Below are positions 17,568-27,641 of a stretch of DNA of 64,000 bases, piece by piece. Position 1 is the first letter of the stretch; the number at the start of each line of letters is the position of its first letter. The DNA is taken from contig MESW01000002.1 of NCBI GenBank assembly GCA_001771135.1, positions 69,315 through 133,314 on the forward strand, read 5' to 3'. This DNA is from a candidate division CPR3 bacterium GWF2_35_18 (lineage in GTDB: Bacteria; Patescibacteriota; CPR3; GWF2-35-18). The notes beneath the pieces are model-generated. The model ran no database searches. It had not been told where the DNA came from and worked only from the letters and a program-made list of their open reading frames with translations. The translations under genes and the position numbers were made by a program.

Positions 17568-18855
17568 AAACAACAGAGAATCAGTAAGTATTTCAGACGA
17601 ATTACATCCATACAATGTTGATAATATAGATGGTCAGATACAAAACCTGTTAACAACTATGAGCAAAGTGGGATTTCTTATAGATGTTGAGGTTATAAAT
17701 AATCTAGAAGTGGAGGTTGAGGATCTTCTTAAAAAGTTATCTGTTAGGATATTTCATCATATCGGATATGATATAAACTTAAATTCGTCAAAGCAAATTG
17801 CAAAGTTATTATATGAAGATTTAGAGCTTCCGTCAGGTAAAAAGAAAAAAACCGGTTTTTCCACTGATGAAGTGACATTGAAAAAAATTAAAAAGCTACA
17901 TCCAATAATTCCCTTAATATTAGAATATAGAACGGTTTACAAATTAAAAAGTACCTACTTAGAATCATTAAGATGTCGTATTGAGGAAGATGGAAGGATT
18001 CATTCGACGTTTCTACTTGATGTGGCAAGTACTGGGAGGATAGTTAGCAGAGACCCAAATTTACAAAATATTCCGATCAGAGGTAGTTGGGGAGAAAAAA
18101 TTCGAAAAGCTTTTATCGTTCCTTGCGAGAAGATATTAATTGCGATTGATTATTCTCAAATAGATCTGCGAGTATTAACACATTTTTCTAAAGAATCAAA
18201 ATTAATAGAAGCTTTCAAGCAAAATCAAGATATTCATCTCTCAACAGCAATGGAGATTTTTAATAAAAAAGCTTCGGATATTACTGCTGATGAACGTCGA
18301 ATAGCAAAAACAGTGAATTTTGGCATTATTTATGGAATTAGTCCTCACGGACTTTCTGAGAGTTTAGAAATTAATCAAAAACAAGCTGCTTATTTTATCA
18401 AAACCTATTTAGATAAATATCCTCAGGTAAAACAGTATCTTGATCTAAGTCGACAGAATGCTTTAAAAAATGGTTATACGGAAACACTTGGTGGAGAAAA
18501 AAGATATATTCCAGAGTTAAAAAGTAAGAATCATTTTATTCGAAGTTCTGGAGAGAGAATGGCTATTAACTATCCTATTCAGGGAAGTTCCGCGGAGATA
18601 ATCAAATTGGCAATGTTAGATATTGATTGTGAATTTGTTAGACGAAAATTATCGTCTTCAAAGATGATTTTACAAATTCATGATGAATTAGTCTTTGAAG
18701 TAGAGAATGAGGAAAAAGATGCTGTAATAAAAATCGTAAAAGAAAAAATGGAAAATGTAGTAAAACTCATTATTCCGTTGAAAGTTAGTATTAAAGAAGG
18801 TGTCAATTGGGGAGAGATGACAGAAATTTTAAAATTGGAGATGGCAATAAAATGA
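17542..18855 (+). CDS. polA: DNA polymerase I polymerase domain (split polA)
   Basis: TGRIVSRDPNLQNIP, DYSQID, RRIAKTVNFGIIYG, QIHDEL; no 3'-5' exonuclease domain. Confidence 0.92.
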   Translation: MNNSPLSNKNNRESVSISDELHPYNVDNIDGQIQNLLTTMSKVGFLIDVEVINNLEVEVEDLLKKLSVRIFHHIGYDINLNSSKQIAKLLYEDLELPSGKKKKTGFSTDEVTLKKIKKLHPIIPLILEYRTVYKLKSTYLESLRCRIEEDGRIHSTFLLDVASTGRIVSRDPNLQNIPIRGSWGEKIRKAFIVPCEKILIAIDYSQIDLRVLTHFSKESKLIEAFKQNQDIHLSTAMEIFNKKASDITADERRIAKTVNFGIIYGISPHGLSESLEINQKQAAYFIKTYLDKYPQVKQYLDLSRQNALKNGYTETLGGEKRYIPELKSKNHFIRSSGERMAINYPIQGSSAEIIKLAMLDIDCEFVRRKLSSSKMILQIHDELVFEVENEEKDAVIKIVKEKMENVVKLIIPLKVSIKEGVNWGEMTEILKLEMAIK

Positions 18856-19961
18856 AAGTTGCAATTGTTCACGATTTTTTAAATCAATATGGAGGAGCTG
18901 AAAGAGTTGTAGAAGCAATTAAAATGATTTATCCAGAAGCTCCTATTTACACGTCGTTTTTTGAACCAGAGAAACTTCCTGAGAGAATGAGATCTTGGCA
19001 GGTAATCACTCCGAATTTTAAAAAAATACCCTTAATTAGAAGGTTTTCGAAGCAATATACTTTTTTGTTACCACTTGCCTTTGAAAGTTTTGACTTGCGC
19101 GATTATGACGTAATAATTTCTTCTACTGCTAACTTTGCAAAAGGAATAATTACGAAACCAAATCAGATTCATATCTGTTACTGTCATACCCCTCCGCGTT
19201 TTTTATATCACTATGAAACTGAATTTAACCGAAGGAAGATATCTATATATAAACCATTTTTGATCTTCTTAGACCACTATCTGCGAGTTTGGGATTACTT
19301 GGCGGCACAAAGAGTAGATTATTTTTTAACGAATTCATATAATACTCAACAAAGAATTAAGAAATTCTATCGGAGAGAATCAAAAGTTATTTATCCTCCC
19401 GTGGAGCTATCCTCTACAGGGCAAAATTCTCAATACAAAACCCAAAATTACGGAAAGTATTTTTTTATCGTATCTAGATTGGTTGCATATAAAAGAATCG
19501 ATTTAGCAATTAAAGCTTGTAATGAGTTGAATCTAAATTTAGTAGTAGCGGGAACAGGTAAAGATAAAAAGAAATTAGAAAAATTGTCGGGAAAAACGAT
19601 AAAGCTGTTGGGAAAGGTTTCTGATATTGAGTTAGCAGGTCTTTATAAAAACTGCGAGGGATTCATTTTTCCTGCAGGAGATGATTTTGGTATGACTCCA
19701 GTAGAAGCGATGTTATATGGAAAGCCTGTTATTGCCTATGGTAAAGGTGGTGTCTTAGAGTCTGTTATTCCAGGGAAAACAGGGGAATTTTTTTATGAAA
19801 ATAATGTAGTTTCTTTAAAAAAAGTATTAGCTAATTTTAATGGAAATAATTATTTAAAGGAAAACTGTCAAAAACAAGCTCAGAAGTTTAGTAAATCTAA
19901 ATTTAGTAAAGAATTACGAAATTTTGTTACAGAAAAATGGAAGGAAGAACAAAATGCCTGA
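18852..19961 (+). CDS. Glycosyltransferase family 4 (WbaZ-like mannosyltransferase)
   Basis: MKVAIVHDFLNQYGGAERV, YCHTPPR, DDFGMTPVEA; ATGA overlap with polA. Confidence 0.9.
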   Translation: MKVAIVHDFLNQYGGAERVVEAIKMIYPEAPIYTSFFEPEKLPERMRSWQVITPNFKKIPLIRRFSKQYTFLLPLAFESFDLRDYDVIISSTANFAKGIITKPNQIHICYCHTPPRFLYHYETEFNRRKISIYKPFLIFLDHYLRVWDYLAAQRVDYFLTNSYNTQQRIKKFYRRESKVIYPPVELSSTGQNSQYKTQNYGKYFFIVSRLVAYKRIDLAIKACNELNLNLVVAGTGKDKKKLEKLSGKTIKLLGKVSDIELAGLYKNCEGFIFPAGDDFGMTPVEAMLYGKPVIAYGKGGVLESVIPGKTGEFFYENNVVSLKKVLANFNGNNYLKENCQKQAQKFSKSKFSKELRNFVTEKWKEEQNA

Positions 19962-20787
19962 GTTACCGGAGGTAGAAACAGTAAGATATGATTTGAATAA
20001 AAGCCTTTCGGGGTTTCAGATAAAAGATATTTCATGTAATACGACAAAGATATTACAGCCTTCTTTGAAGGAGGTTATCAAACATACTAAAGGATTAACG
20101 ATAAGCAGTTTTAATCGAAAGGCAAAACTTCTGATCGTTGAACTAAATAAAGATTGGAATTTTTTAATACATTTAAAAATGAGTGGAAGGTTATTAATTC
20201 GTGATCCAGGAGGTGTTGAAGATCGATGGACGAGAGTAATTATTGCTTTAGAAAGAAAAGGTATAATTAAAGAGTTACGATTTGCAGATCAGCGTAAGTT
20301 TGGGTACATAAAACTCATTAAAAAGGAAGAGCTTTCTGATATTTTATCAAATTATGGCCCTGAGCCTTTTGCGGATCTTAGTTTGCAAATTTTTACGAAA
20401 ATCTTGAAATCAAGCAGAAGAGCAATAAAAAAAGTATTAATGGACCAAGTCTTGATCTCGGGAATTGGAAATATTTATGCAAATGATGCACTATTCTTAG
20501 CCAAAATCCATCCGGAAACATCAGCCAATTATTTAAATCAGAATCAAATTAAAAATCTATTTGAAGCAATTGAAGAAGTTTTAAAAAGAGGTTTGAAATA
20601 TAGAGGAGCCTCTGATAACTCTTACTTAGATGCTTTTGGTAAAAAAGGTCAGTATCAAGAACATTTTCTTGTATATGGTAAAAATAAAGAAAACTGTCCA
20701 AACTGTGGTAGTGTCATCCAAAAAATAGTCGTAGGAGGAAGAGGGACTTTTTATTGTCCAAAATGTCAACTTCAAGAAAGGAAATAA
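19954..20787 (+). CDS. mutM: Formamidopyrimidine-DNA glycosylase
   Basis: MPELPEVET, HLKMSG, GIGNIYA, C-terminal zinc finger CPNC...CPKCQ. Confidence 0.96.
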   Translation: MPELPEVETVRYDLNKSLSGFQIKDISCNTTKILQPSLKEVIKHTKGLTISSFNRKAKLLIVELNKDWNFLIHLKMSGRLLIRDPGGVEDRWTRVIIALERKGIIKELRFADQRKFGYIKLIKKEELSDILSNYGPEPFADLSLQIFTKILKSSRRAIKKVLMDQVLISGIGNIYANDALFLAKIHPETSANYLNQNQIKNLFEAIEEVLKRGLKYRGASDNSYLDAFGKKGQYQEHFLVYGKNKENCPNCGSVIQKIVVGGRGTFYCPKCQLQERK

Positions 20788-21075
20788 ATGCCATTATTAG
20801 ATTCGTCTTTACTAAATCCGTATGTTTTGTTTTTTGGAGGAATTGTGATGATTATTTTTGGTTTAACTATCTCTGGTATGAAACCAACCGTAATTATTGA
20901 ATTTTGGATGAGATTTTTACTATATTTTTTTAAAAATCCTAATAAATATGAAAGAGAGCAAGAAAAAAATCCTAGTTTTAGCTTTGGGGGATGGATATTT
21001 TTATTTGGTTGGTTTTTAATAATTGCCGGAATTATTAGATTTTTGGGATTGGGGGTTGAGAATGCGTTTGAATAA
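20788..21075 (+). CDS. Small hypothetical membrane protein (2 TM)
   Basis: Tightly packed between mutM and recF; two hydrophobic segments. Confidence 0.6.
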   Translation: MPLLDSSLLNPYVLFFGGIVMIIFGLTISGMKPTVIIEFWMRFLLYFFKNPNKYEREQEKNPSFSFGGWIFLFGWFLIIAGIIRFLGLGVENAFE

Positions 21076-22099
21076 AGTACTTTTAAGTAACTTTCGAAAT
21101 TTTAAAAAAGAATCATTTGATTTTCAACATACAACAATTATTTTAGCTGATAATACTCATGGGAAAACAAACCTTCTGGAGGCTATTTTTTATCTTTCAA
21201 CCGGAAAATCTTTTCGTGCGGAAAATGAGATTGACGTAATTAACTATGATAAGGATTTTGCGAGCATTGAAGGAGAGGTTGAAAATACTGAAGGAAAGGA
21301 AAAATTAAGGGTTTTTATCTCCGGGCAGGAACATCAACGTAAGCAGCTTCGAGTTAATGGAATCAATAGAATGATCTCAAACTTTTCTGGCCGTTTTAGG
21401 TCGGTTATTTTTACGCCAGAGAATTTTAATATTTTACAAGGTTCTCCAGAAATTCGTCGTCGGTATTTAGATAATATCTTAATCCAAATAGACAGAGAAT
21501 ATGTACGTAATTTAAGTCAATATCGAAAAGTGGTTTATCAAAGGAATCGTTTACTGGAAAGTATCCGGGAGAGAAAGTCAAAGGAGAATGAACTGGATTA
21601 TTGGAATGAAAAACTATTGGAATTGGGAAGATTCATTCAAGAAAGAAGGTTTCAGTTAATCTCATTCTTAAATGATGAGTTACTTAAATATAGTTTTTTG
21701 TATCGGAGTAAAAAGCAGATTACCTTGGTTTATAAAAATAATCTTGTGAGTGAGGAACGTTTGTTTTCGCATGCTCAGAAGGAAATAGCTGCAGGTCTAA
21801 CTCTCATTGGTCCTCATCGTGATGAAATGCTAGTTTTTTTAGATGGGAAGAAAATAGAATCTTTTGGTTCAAGAGGGGAACAGCGGCTAGGAATCTTGAG
21901 TTTATCTCTTTCTGCTATTGATTTTATTGAATATTGTGTGAAGGAAAGACCGATTCTTTTACTCGATGATATTTTTTCGGAGCTTGATAGTTATCATAAA
22001 AGTTCAGTACAAGATATTCTTGAAAAACAACAATCGATTATTACTACCACAGAGTGGGAGAATGGTGTTTCAAAAAAAGTTCAAATAATTGAGCTGTAA
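21062..22099 (+). CDS. recF: DNA replication and repair protein RecF
   Basis: NFRN, GKTNLLEAI, GPHRD, GSRGEQR, LLLDDIFSELD. Confidence 0.95.
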   Translation: MRLNKVLLSNFRNFKKESFDFQHTTIILADNTHGKTNLLEAIFYLSTGKSFRAENEIDVINYDKDFASIEGEVENTEGKEKLRVFISGQEHQRKQLRVNGINRMISNFSGRFRSVIFTPENFNILQGSPEIRRRYLDNILIQIDREYVRNLSQYRKVVYQRNRLLESIRERKSKENELDYWNEKLLELGRFIQERRFQLISFLNDELLKYSFLYRSKKQITLVYKNNLVSEERLFSHAQKEIAAGLTLIGPHRDEMLVFLDGKKIESFGSRGEQRLGILSLSLSAIDFIEYCVKERPILLLDDIFSELDSYHKSSVQDILEKQQSIITTTEWENGVSKKVQIIEL

Positions 22100-22152
22100 T
22101 GATTTTACTTCATTTCCTTCACAATTACCGCAAGTAATGCTAAACTATAATT

Positions 22153-23196
22153 ATGTTGGATTTTAAGTTCCGAATCAATAATAATATCCTGAAAAATATT
22201 AGTCAAATAGAGGCTTCCAAACAGATTATTGAAAATTCTCCCTTGTTACCTTATTATGAACGACAATTTCAAAAAGAGGCTGTAGTTCGCGCCGTGCATC
22301 ACTCTACTCACATTGAAGGTAATATGTTGGATATTGATGATGCCAAAAAAATCATCAACGGTCAAAAGATTGAATCTGCGGGTAAAGAGCGCGATTTACA
22401 AGATATCATAAACTATCGTAATGTGTTAAACTATATCGAAAGTATACAATCTAAAAGTGTCGATTTGAATCCGGTTTTACAGGTACATAAAATTGTCGGT
22501 TATGGAATTATTCCTGACGTTTATTGTGGTAAATTTAGAAATAAGCAGGTTGTGATTCGTAACACTAAAACTCAAAAAATCTCTTATGTTCCTCCGTCTT
22601 ATTTAGAAGTTGAAGATAAAGTATCCGAACTTTTATCTTGGTTAAAAAGTCAAAAAGAAGCAGATATTCATCCGGTTATTAAATCTGGACTGTTTCACTG
22701 TCAATTTGTAAAAATCCACCCTTTTGTAGATGGAAATGGAAGAACCGCCAGGGCTTTAACGACATTAATACTCTATTTGGATGGTTACGATATAAAAAAA
22801 TTTTTTTGTTTAGATGAATATTATGATCATGATTTAAAAAGATATTATCAAGCTCTACAGTCTGTTACCGAGTTCGATCAAGATTATACTTTTTGGCTTG
22901 AATATTTTACAAATGGATTGTTAGAAGAGTTTCTTAAAATCAAACAAAAGGTTCTTAAGATTAGTCGTGATCAAAGAATTAAAAAATCAATTGGTCAGGT
23001 TTATCTTACCGAAAGACAGGAAAAAATTGTTGAATACCTTCAAGAAATTGGACGTTTACAGAATCAAGATTTCCCAAAAATCTTATCAAATGTTTCGGAA
23101 GACACTTTTTTGCGTGATTTAAAAGAGCTTATTGTTAAAAAAGTGATTAAAAAAAGAGGAAAAACTAAAGCTGCATTTTATGAATTAAAAAATTAA
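22153..23196 (+). CDS. Fic family protein (class II) with C-terminal HTH
   Basis: HPFVDGNGRTAR Fic motif; N-terminal STHIEG inhibitory motif. Confidence 0.9.
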   Translation: MLDFKFRINNNILKNISQIEASKQIIENSPLLPYYERQFQKEAVVRAVHHSTHIEGNMLDIDDAKKIINGQKIESAGKERDLQDIINYRNVLNYIESIQSKSVDLNPVLQVHKIVGYGIIPDVYCGKFRNKQVVIRNTKTQKISYVPPSYLEVEDKVSELLSWLKSQKEADIHPVIKSGLFHCQFVKIHPFVDGNGRTARALTTLILYLDGYDIKKFFCLDEYYDHDLKRYYQALQSVTEFDQDYTFWLEYFTNGLLEEFLKIKQKVLKISRDQRIKKSIGQVYLTERQEKIVEYLQEIGRLQNQDFPKILSNVSEDTFLRDLKELIVKKVIKKRGKTKAAFYELKN

Positions 23197-23209
23197 TTTA
23201 GGATATACT

Positions 23210-24997
23210 ATGCTCTTTCAAGATCTTGCTAATTATTTTGAAAAACTAGAAAAAACTACATCTCGTAATGAAATTACGAAAATTTTGAGTGAACTTTTCA
23301 AAAATCTTTCCGTAGAAGAGGTGAATGTTGTTTGTTATCTGTCGTTGGGGAAATTGAAGCCATCATATGAATCTTTAGAATTTAATCTTGCCGAAAAGAT
23401 GATAGCCGAACTTTTATCTCGAATTAGTCAAAAGACAAAGGAAGAAATAAATAAAGATTTTAATGTTATGGGAGATTGGGGTGATTTGGCGGCTAACTTG
23501 ATTAAAAGAAAAACGAGTGATCTGACAATCAAAGATGTTTATAAAGAGCTTCTTTCTTTAGCCAAAATTGAGGGTTATGGATCTCAAGAAGTAAAGATAA
23601 ATAAGCTTTTATCCTTATTTTCGCATATAAATAGTGCATCTGCTAAATATGTTTTACGTGTTATTCTAAAGAAGTTAAGACTCGGTTTCTCGGATATGAC
23701 CATTCTTGATGCGTTGTCTTTTATGGAAGTCGGAGACAAGAGTCTAAGAAAAGAGATCGAAGAATCATACAACACAGTTGCGGATATTGGAAAAGTTGCT
23801 TCGTATTTTAAGGCTAAAGGTTTAAAAGGTTTAAAAGAGCTATCTGTTACTCCGGGAATACCTGTAATTCCTTCTGCGGCAGAAAGGCTTCCGAGTGCGG
23901 AAAAGATTTTTGAAAAGATTGGAGTTTGTTTGTTAGAACCTAAAATCGATGGTTTTCGGCTCCAAGTACACTTAAATAAATTAAAAACTGAGATTTCAGA
24001 TGATAACCCTCTTTTTGCAAAAGAAGAGCCTTTTATACGATTCTTTTCTCGAAATTTAGAAGATATGACGGGAATGTTTCCGGAGATTAAAGACGTCGTT
24101 TCTAAAATTGATTGTGAATCTTTGATTATAGAGGGAGAAGCAGTCGCTTTTAATCATAAAAATAATCGGTTTTTACCTTTTCAATTAACCATATCGCGTA
24201 AAAGAAAGTATGACATTCAGGAAAAATCTACAGAGCTACCTTTGACTCTATTTGTATTTGATTTGCTTTATTTAAATGGAAAAAGCTATATTAATGAGTC
24301 TCTAATTGAAAGAAGAAAAATATTAGCAGAACTCATTCCAGAAAATGTAAATAGTCTGCAACTAATTCCACAACAGAAGGCAGTTTCGGTGCAAGACATC
24401 TCCAAATATTTTCTCGAAAAAAAGAAAGCCGGTTTAGAAGGAATAATGGCAAAAGTTCCTGATTCTTATTATGAAGCTGGATCAAGAGGATTCCATTGGA
24501 TTAAGTATAAAAGAGAAGAAAGTCAAGGCCTTGAGGATAGTATTGATGTTGTTGTTTTAGGTTATTATTATGGTCAGGGAAAAAGGACAAGTTTCGGTAT
24601 TGGCGCTTTATTGGTTGGAGTTTATAATAAGAAAGGCGAGATTTTTGAAAGTATCGCTAAAATTGGTACAGGAATTAAAGATGAAGAGTTTATAACTATT
24701 AAAAAGGATTGTGATTTATTAAAAAGAAAACTCCCTCCCAAAAATGTGATTGTCCCTAAAGCTTTAATTCCAGATGTTTGGGTGGAGCCTCAAATTGTTG
24801 CTGTTATCCTTTCTGATGAGATAACAAGATCGCCGCTACATGCAGCTGGTGCAAGTAAAGATGGGAAAGGTTATGCTTTACGTTTTCCACGTCTTACTAC
24901 TTGGCAAAGAAAAGATAAGAGCATTTATGATATAACAACTGTATCAGAAATCGAAAGACTTTATCAAAATCAAAATAGGAAATCTTCTAAAAATTAA
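23210..24997 (+). CDS. lig: ATP-dependent DNA ligase (archaeal/eukaryal-type, with N-terminal DNA-binding domain)
   Basis: EPKIDGFR, EGEAV, FDLL, EGIMAK, WIKYK, ALRFPR. Confidence 0.93.
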   Translation: MLFQDLANYFEKLEKTTSRNEITKILSELFKNLSVEEVNVVCYLSLGKLKPSYESLEFNLAEKMIAELLSRISQKTKEEINKDFNVMGDWGDLAANLIKRKTSDLTIKDVYKELLSLAKIEGYGSQEVKINKLLSLFSHINSASAKYVLRVILKKLRLGFSDMTILDALSFMEVGDKSLRKEIEESYNTVADIGKVASYFKAKGLKGLKELSVTPGIPVIPSAAERLPSAEKIFEKIGVCLLEPKIDGFRLQVHLNKLKTEISDDNPLFAKEEPFIRFFSRNLEDMTGMFPEIKDVVSKIDCESLIIEGEAVAFNHKNNRFLPFQLTISRKRKYDIQEKSTELPLTLFVFDLLYLNGKSYINESLIERRKILAELIPENVNSLQLIPQQKAVSVQDISKYFLEKKKAGLEGIMAKVPDSYYEAGSRGFHWIKYKREESQGLEDSIDVVVLGYYYGQGKRTSFGIGALLVGVYNKKGEIFESIAKIGTGIKDEEFITIKKDCDLLKRKLPPKNVIVPKALIPDVWVEPQIVAVILSDEITRSPLHAAGASKDGKGYALRFPRLTTWQRKDKSIYDITTVSEIERLYQNQNRKSSKN

Positions 24998-25009
24998 AAG
25001 AGTAAAACT

Positions 25010-26326
25010 ATGGAAAAAAGATATATTGCTGATTTACATCTTCATTCAAAATATTCACGCGCTGTTTCTAAGGATATGAATATCCCTGTAATGTGGTTAT
25101 GGGGAAACAAAAAGGGAATCAATCTAATCGGTACTGGAGATTTTACACATCCCTTTTGGATTCATGACTTGAAACAGGATTTAGAAGCTATGGGAAACGG
25201 TTTTTATAAATACAAAGGAGATCAAGAAGGAAAAGGTCCTTTTTTTGTTCTATCTTCAGAGATAAGCTGTATTTATAGTCAAGGCGGTAAAACTAGGAAA
25301 ATTCACATTGTTTTCTTATCTCCCTCCATTGAAGTTGCCGAGTTAATCAATAAATCACTTTCTGAGATTGGTAACATTACTTCCGATGGAAGACCAATTT
25401 TAGGTATCAGCGCTTTGAACTTAGTAAAAAAGATCAAAGCGATTTCATCCGAAGTAATTGTTATTCCAGCGCATATCTGGACCCCTTGGTTCTCTCTCTT
25501 TGGCGCGAACTCAGGATTCGACTCAATTGCCGAGTGTTTTGGTGATGTAAGCCAAGATATAATTGCTGTGGAAACAGGACTTTCTTCTGATCCTGCCATG
25601 AATTGGAGAATTCCAGAATTAGATAATAGACAGATTGTTTCTTCCTCTGATGCTCATTCTCCAGCAAAACTAGGAAGAGAAGCGACTGTTTTTGAATCTG
25701 ATTTTAGCTACACCGGTTTAAAAAGTGCTTTGTCAGGAAAATCGGCAGAGAATAAAATTTTGTATACAATTGAATTTTTTCCAGAAGAAGGTAAATATCA
25801 TTACACTGGACACCGAAATTGTGGCGTAAAGTATAATTTAGAGGACTTGAGAAAAAAGGGGAAAATTTGTCCGGTATGTGGTAAACAATTAACAGTTGGA
25901 GTAATGCAAAGAGTTGAGGATCTTGGAAAGATTTTGGAATCAGATTTACAAATTGAAGATTGGTATTTAGGAGAAAATAAGGTAAGAGGAATAAAATCAG
26001 GAAAATTAAAGAGACCTCCTTATGTGATGTTAGTTCCTTTAATTGAGATAATTTCGGAAGCACTAGAAGTTGGTGGTTCTTCTAAGGCAGTTACTGAAGA
26101 ATATGAAAAAATCATAAATGGAATTGGTACGGAATTTAAAGTATTACTTACTGCTTCAGAATTAGAATTAAAAGTGTATGCTCAGGAAAAAGTTGTAGAA
26201 GGAATTCTGAAATTAAGGAAAAGAGAGATAAGTGTTGATCCAGGGTTTGACGGTGTCTTTGGAAAAGTGAAGATTTGGGGTAAGGAAAAACCGGAAGAAA
26301 TACAGGAACAGATAACATTATTTTAA
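25010..26326 (+). CDS. Endonuclease Q family (PHP-domain) protein
   Basis: ADLHLHSKYS, GTGDFTHP, PAHIWTPW, SDAHS, GKYH..GHRNC, CPVCG, PGFDGVFG. Confidence 0.85.
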   Translation: MEKRYIADLHLHSKYSRAVSKDMNIPVMWLWGNKKGINLIGTGDFTHPFWIHDLKQDLEAMGNGFYKYKGDQEGKGPFFVLSSEISCIYSQGGKTRKIHIVFLSPSIEVAELINKSLSEIGNITSDGRPILGISALNLVKKIKAISSEVIVIPAHIWTPWFSLFGANSGFDSIAECFGDVSQDIIAVETGLSSDPAMNWRIPELDNRQIVSSSDAHSPAKLGREATVFESDFSYTGLKSALSGKSAENKILYTIEFFPEEGKYHYTGHRNCGVKYNLEDLRKKGKICPVCGKQLTVGVMQRVEDLGKILESDLQIEDWYLGENKVRGIKSGKLKRPPYVMLVPLIEIISEALEVGGSSKAVTEEYEKIINGIGTEFKVLLTASELELKVYAQEKVVEGILKLRKREISVDPGFDGVFGKVKIWGKEKPEEIQEQITLF

Positions 26327-26403
26327 AATGATAATCTTTAAGTAATATTTAACTAGGTTTTTGTCAATTTAATGAATCTGAGTCTATATCCAAATTAATC
26401 CAT

Positions 26404-26543
26404 ATTTTTGAATAAATTCAAAAATCTTGCTTTGAAAAATAAATATTGTTAAAAGTGTCTTCCGATTTGGAAGACAAGAGATTTTATCATGATAAAATCT
26501 TCGGTTAATACGTAACTACATCTTTGCAATCTCAAAGATGTAG
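26404..26543. repeat. Four consecutive inverted repeats upstream of the DUF4870-like gene
   Basis: Inverted repeats at 26404-26425, 26456-26476, 26479-26500 (perfect 22-bp palindrome) and 26516-26543. Confidence 0.7.
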
Positions 26544-26590
26544 GGTATATAATAAACTTAACAATTTTTTCTAAAGGAGGTGACACGTTT

Positions 26591-26944
26591 ATGGTAGAGG
26601 AAATAAAAAAAGAAACAAAGCAAGAAGCTCCTAAACAAGGAACCGTTGTAAGTAATAATGATTCAAAAATTAAAGCTGCTGTAGCTTGTATTCCTATAGT
26701 AGGACTTATCCTTTATTTTATTGAAAAGGATGATCAGAGAGTGCGTTTTTATGCCGCACAAGGAATTTTAGTGGGTATTTTGGGTATTGTATTAGGAGTA
26801 ATTCCTTTTGTTAACTTTATTGCTTGGTTAGCCGAATTGGTTTTAATTATTGTCACAGCCTTAAAAGCTTATCAAACAGATGAGAACTATAAATTGCCAA
26901 TTCTTGGTGATTGGGCTGAAAAGTGGGCTGCTAAAAAAATGTAA
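26591..26944 (+). CDS. DUF4870/Tic20-like small membrane protein
   Basis: VRFYAAQG...YKLPILG pattern; strong AAGGAGGTG RBS. Confidence 0.75.
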   Translation: MVEEIKKETKQEAPKQGTVVSNNDSKIKAAVACIPIVGLILYFIEKDDQRVRFYAAQGILVGILGIVLGVIPFVNFIAWLAELVLIIVTALKAYQTDENYKLPILGDWAEKWAAKKM

Positions 26945-26965
26945 TTTAATTCTTAAAATATTTTT

Positions 26966-27005
26966 AAATCCCATCTTTTATACTAAAAAAGGTGGGATTT
27001 TTTTT
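26966..27005 (+). terminator. Intrinsic terminator
   Basis: AAATCCCATCTTTT/AAAAGGTGGGATTT stem followed by a T-run. Confidence 0.8.
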
Positions 27006-27101
27006 GAAGCGGGAACATGTTAAAATTGAAGCTATTATTTAATTATTTGTGCCGCGATTTTATTATTAGTTGAAGAATGTTAGATTGAGGAGATTGAGGA
27101 T

Positions 27102-27641
27102 ATGAGAATTATTGTTGGACTTGGTAATCCGGGTCGGAAATATGAGAAAACAAAACACAATATCGGTTTTCAGGTTATCGATGAGCTTGCTTCAAAGTTA
27201 AACTCAAGCTTTTGGAAAGAAAACTCCAGATTTGAAAGTCTAATTTCAGAGGGAGATCTTGAAGGTAACAAGTTACTACTTGTTAAGCCTCAGACCTTCA
27301 TGAATAATTCTGGCGAAGCTGTATATAAAGTCGTTAATTTCTATAAAATACCACTGACTGATTTGCTTATTGTGCATGATGATTTTGATTTACCATTGGA
27401 TGATATTAGATTACGTGTCAATTCTGAAGGAAAAAGCAGTCATAACGGGATCCGTTCGATCGTAGAGAGATTAGGAACACCAGAATTTGATCGACTTCGA
27501 GTGGGAATTGGAAATGATCTAATTATACCAAAAGATAAATATGTTTTGAGTAATTTTGAAAATGAAGTAAAACATATCAAAGAAATAATTGGAAAAGCAT
27601 TAGACAAAATTATCGATTGGATTACTAATGAAAAACGTTAA
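27102..27641 (+). CDS. pth: Peptidyl-tRNA hydrolase
   Basis: VGLGNPG...HNIGF, KPQTFMNNSG, HDD, HNG. Confidence 0.96.
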   Translation: MRIIVGLGNPGRKYEKTKHNIGFQVIDELASKLNSSFWKENSRFESLISEGDLEGNKLLLVKPQTFMNNSGEAVYKVVNFYKIPLTDLLIVHDDFDLPLDDIRLRVNSEGKSSHNGIRSIVERLGTPEFDRLRVGIGNDLIIPKDKYVLSNFENEVKHIKEIIGKALDKIIDWITNEKR

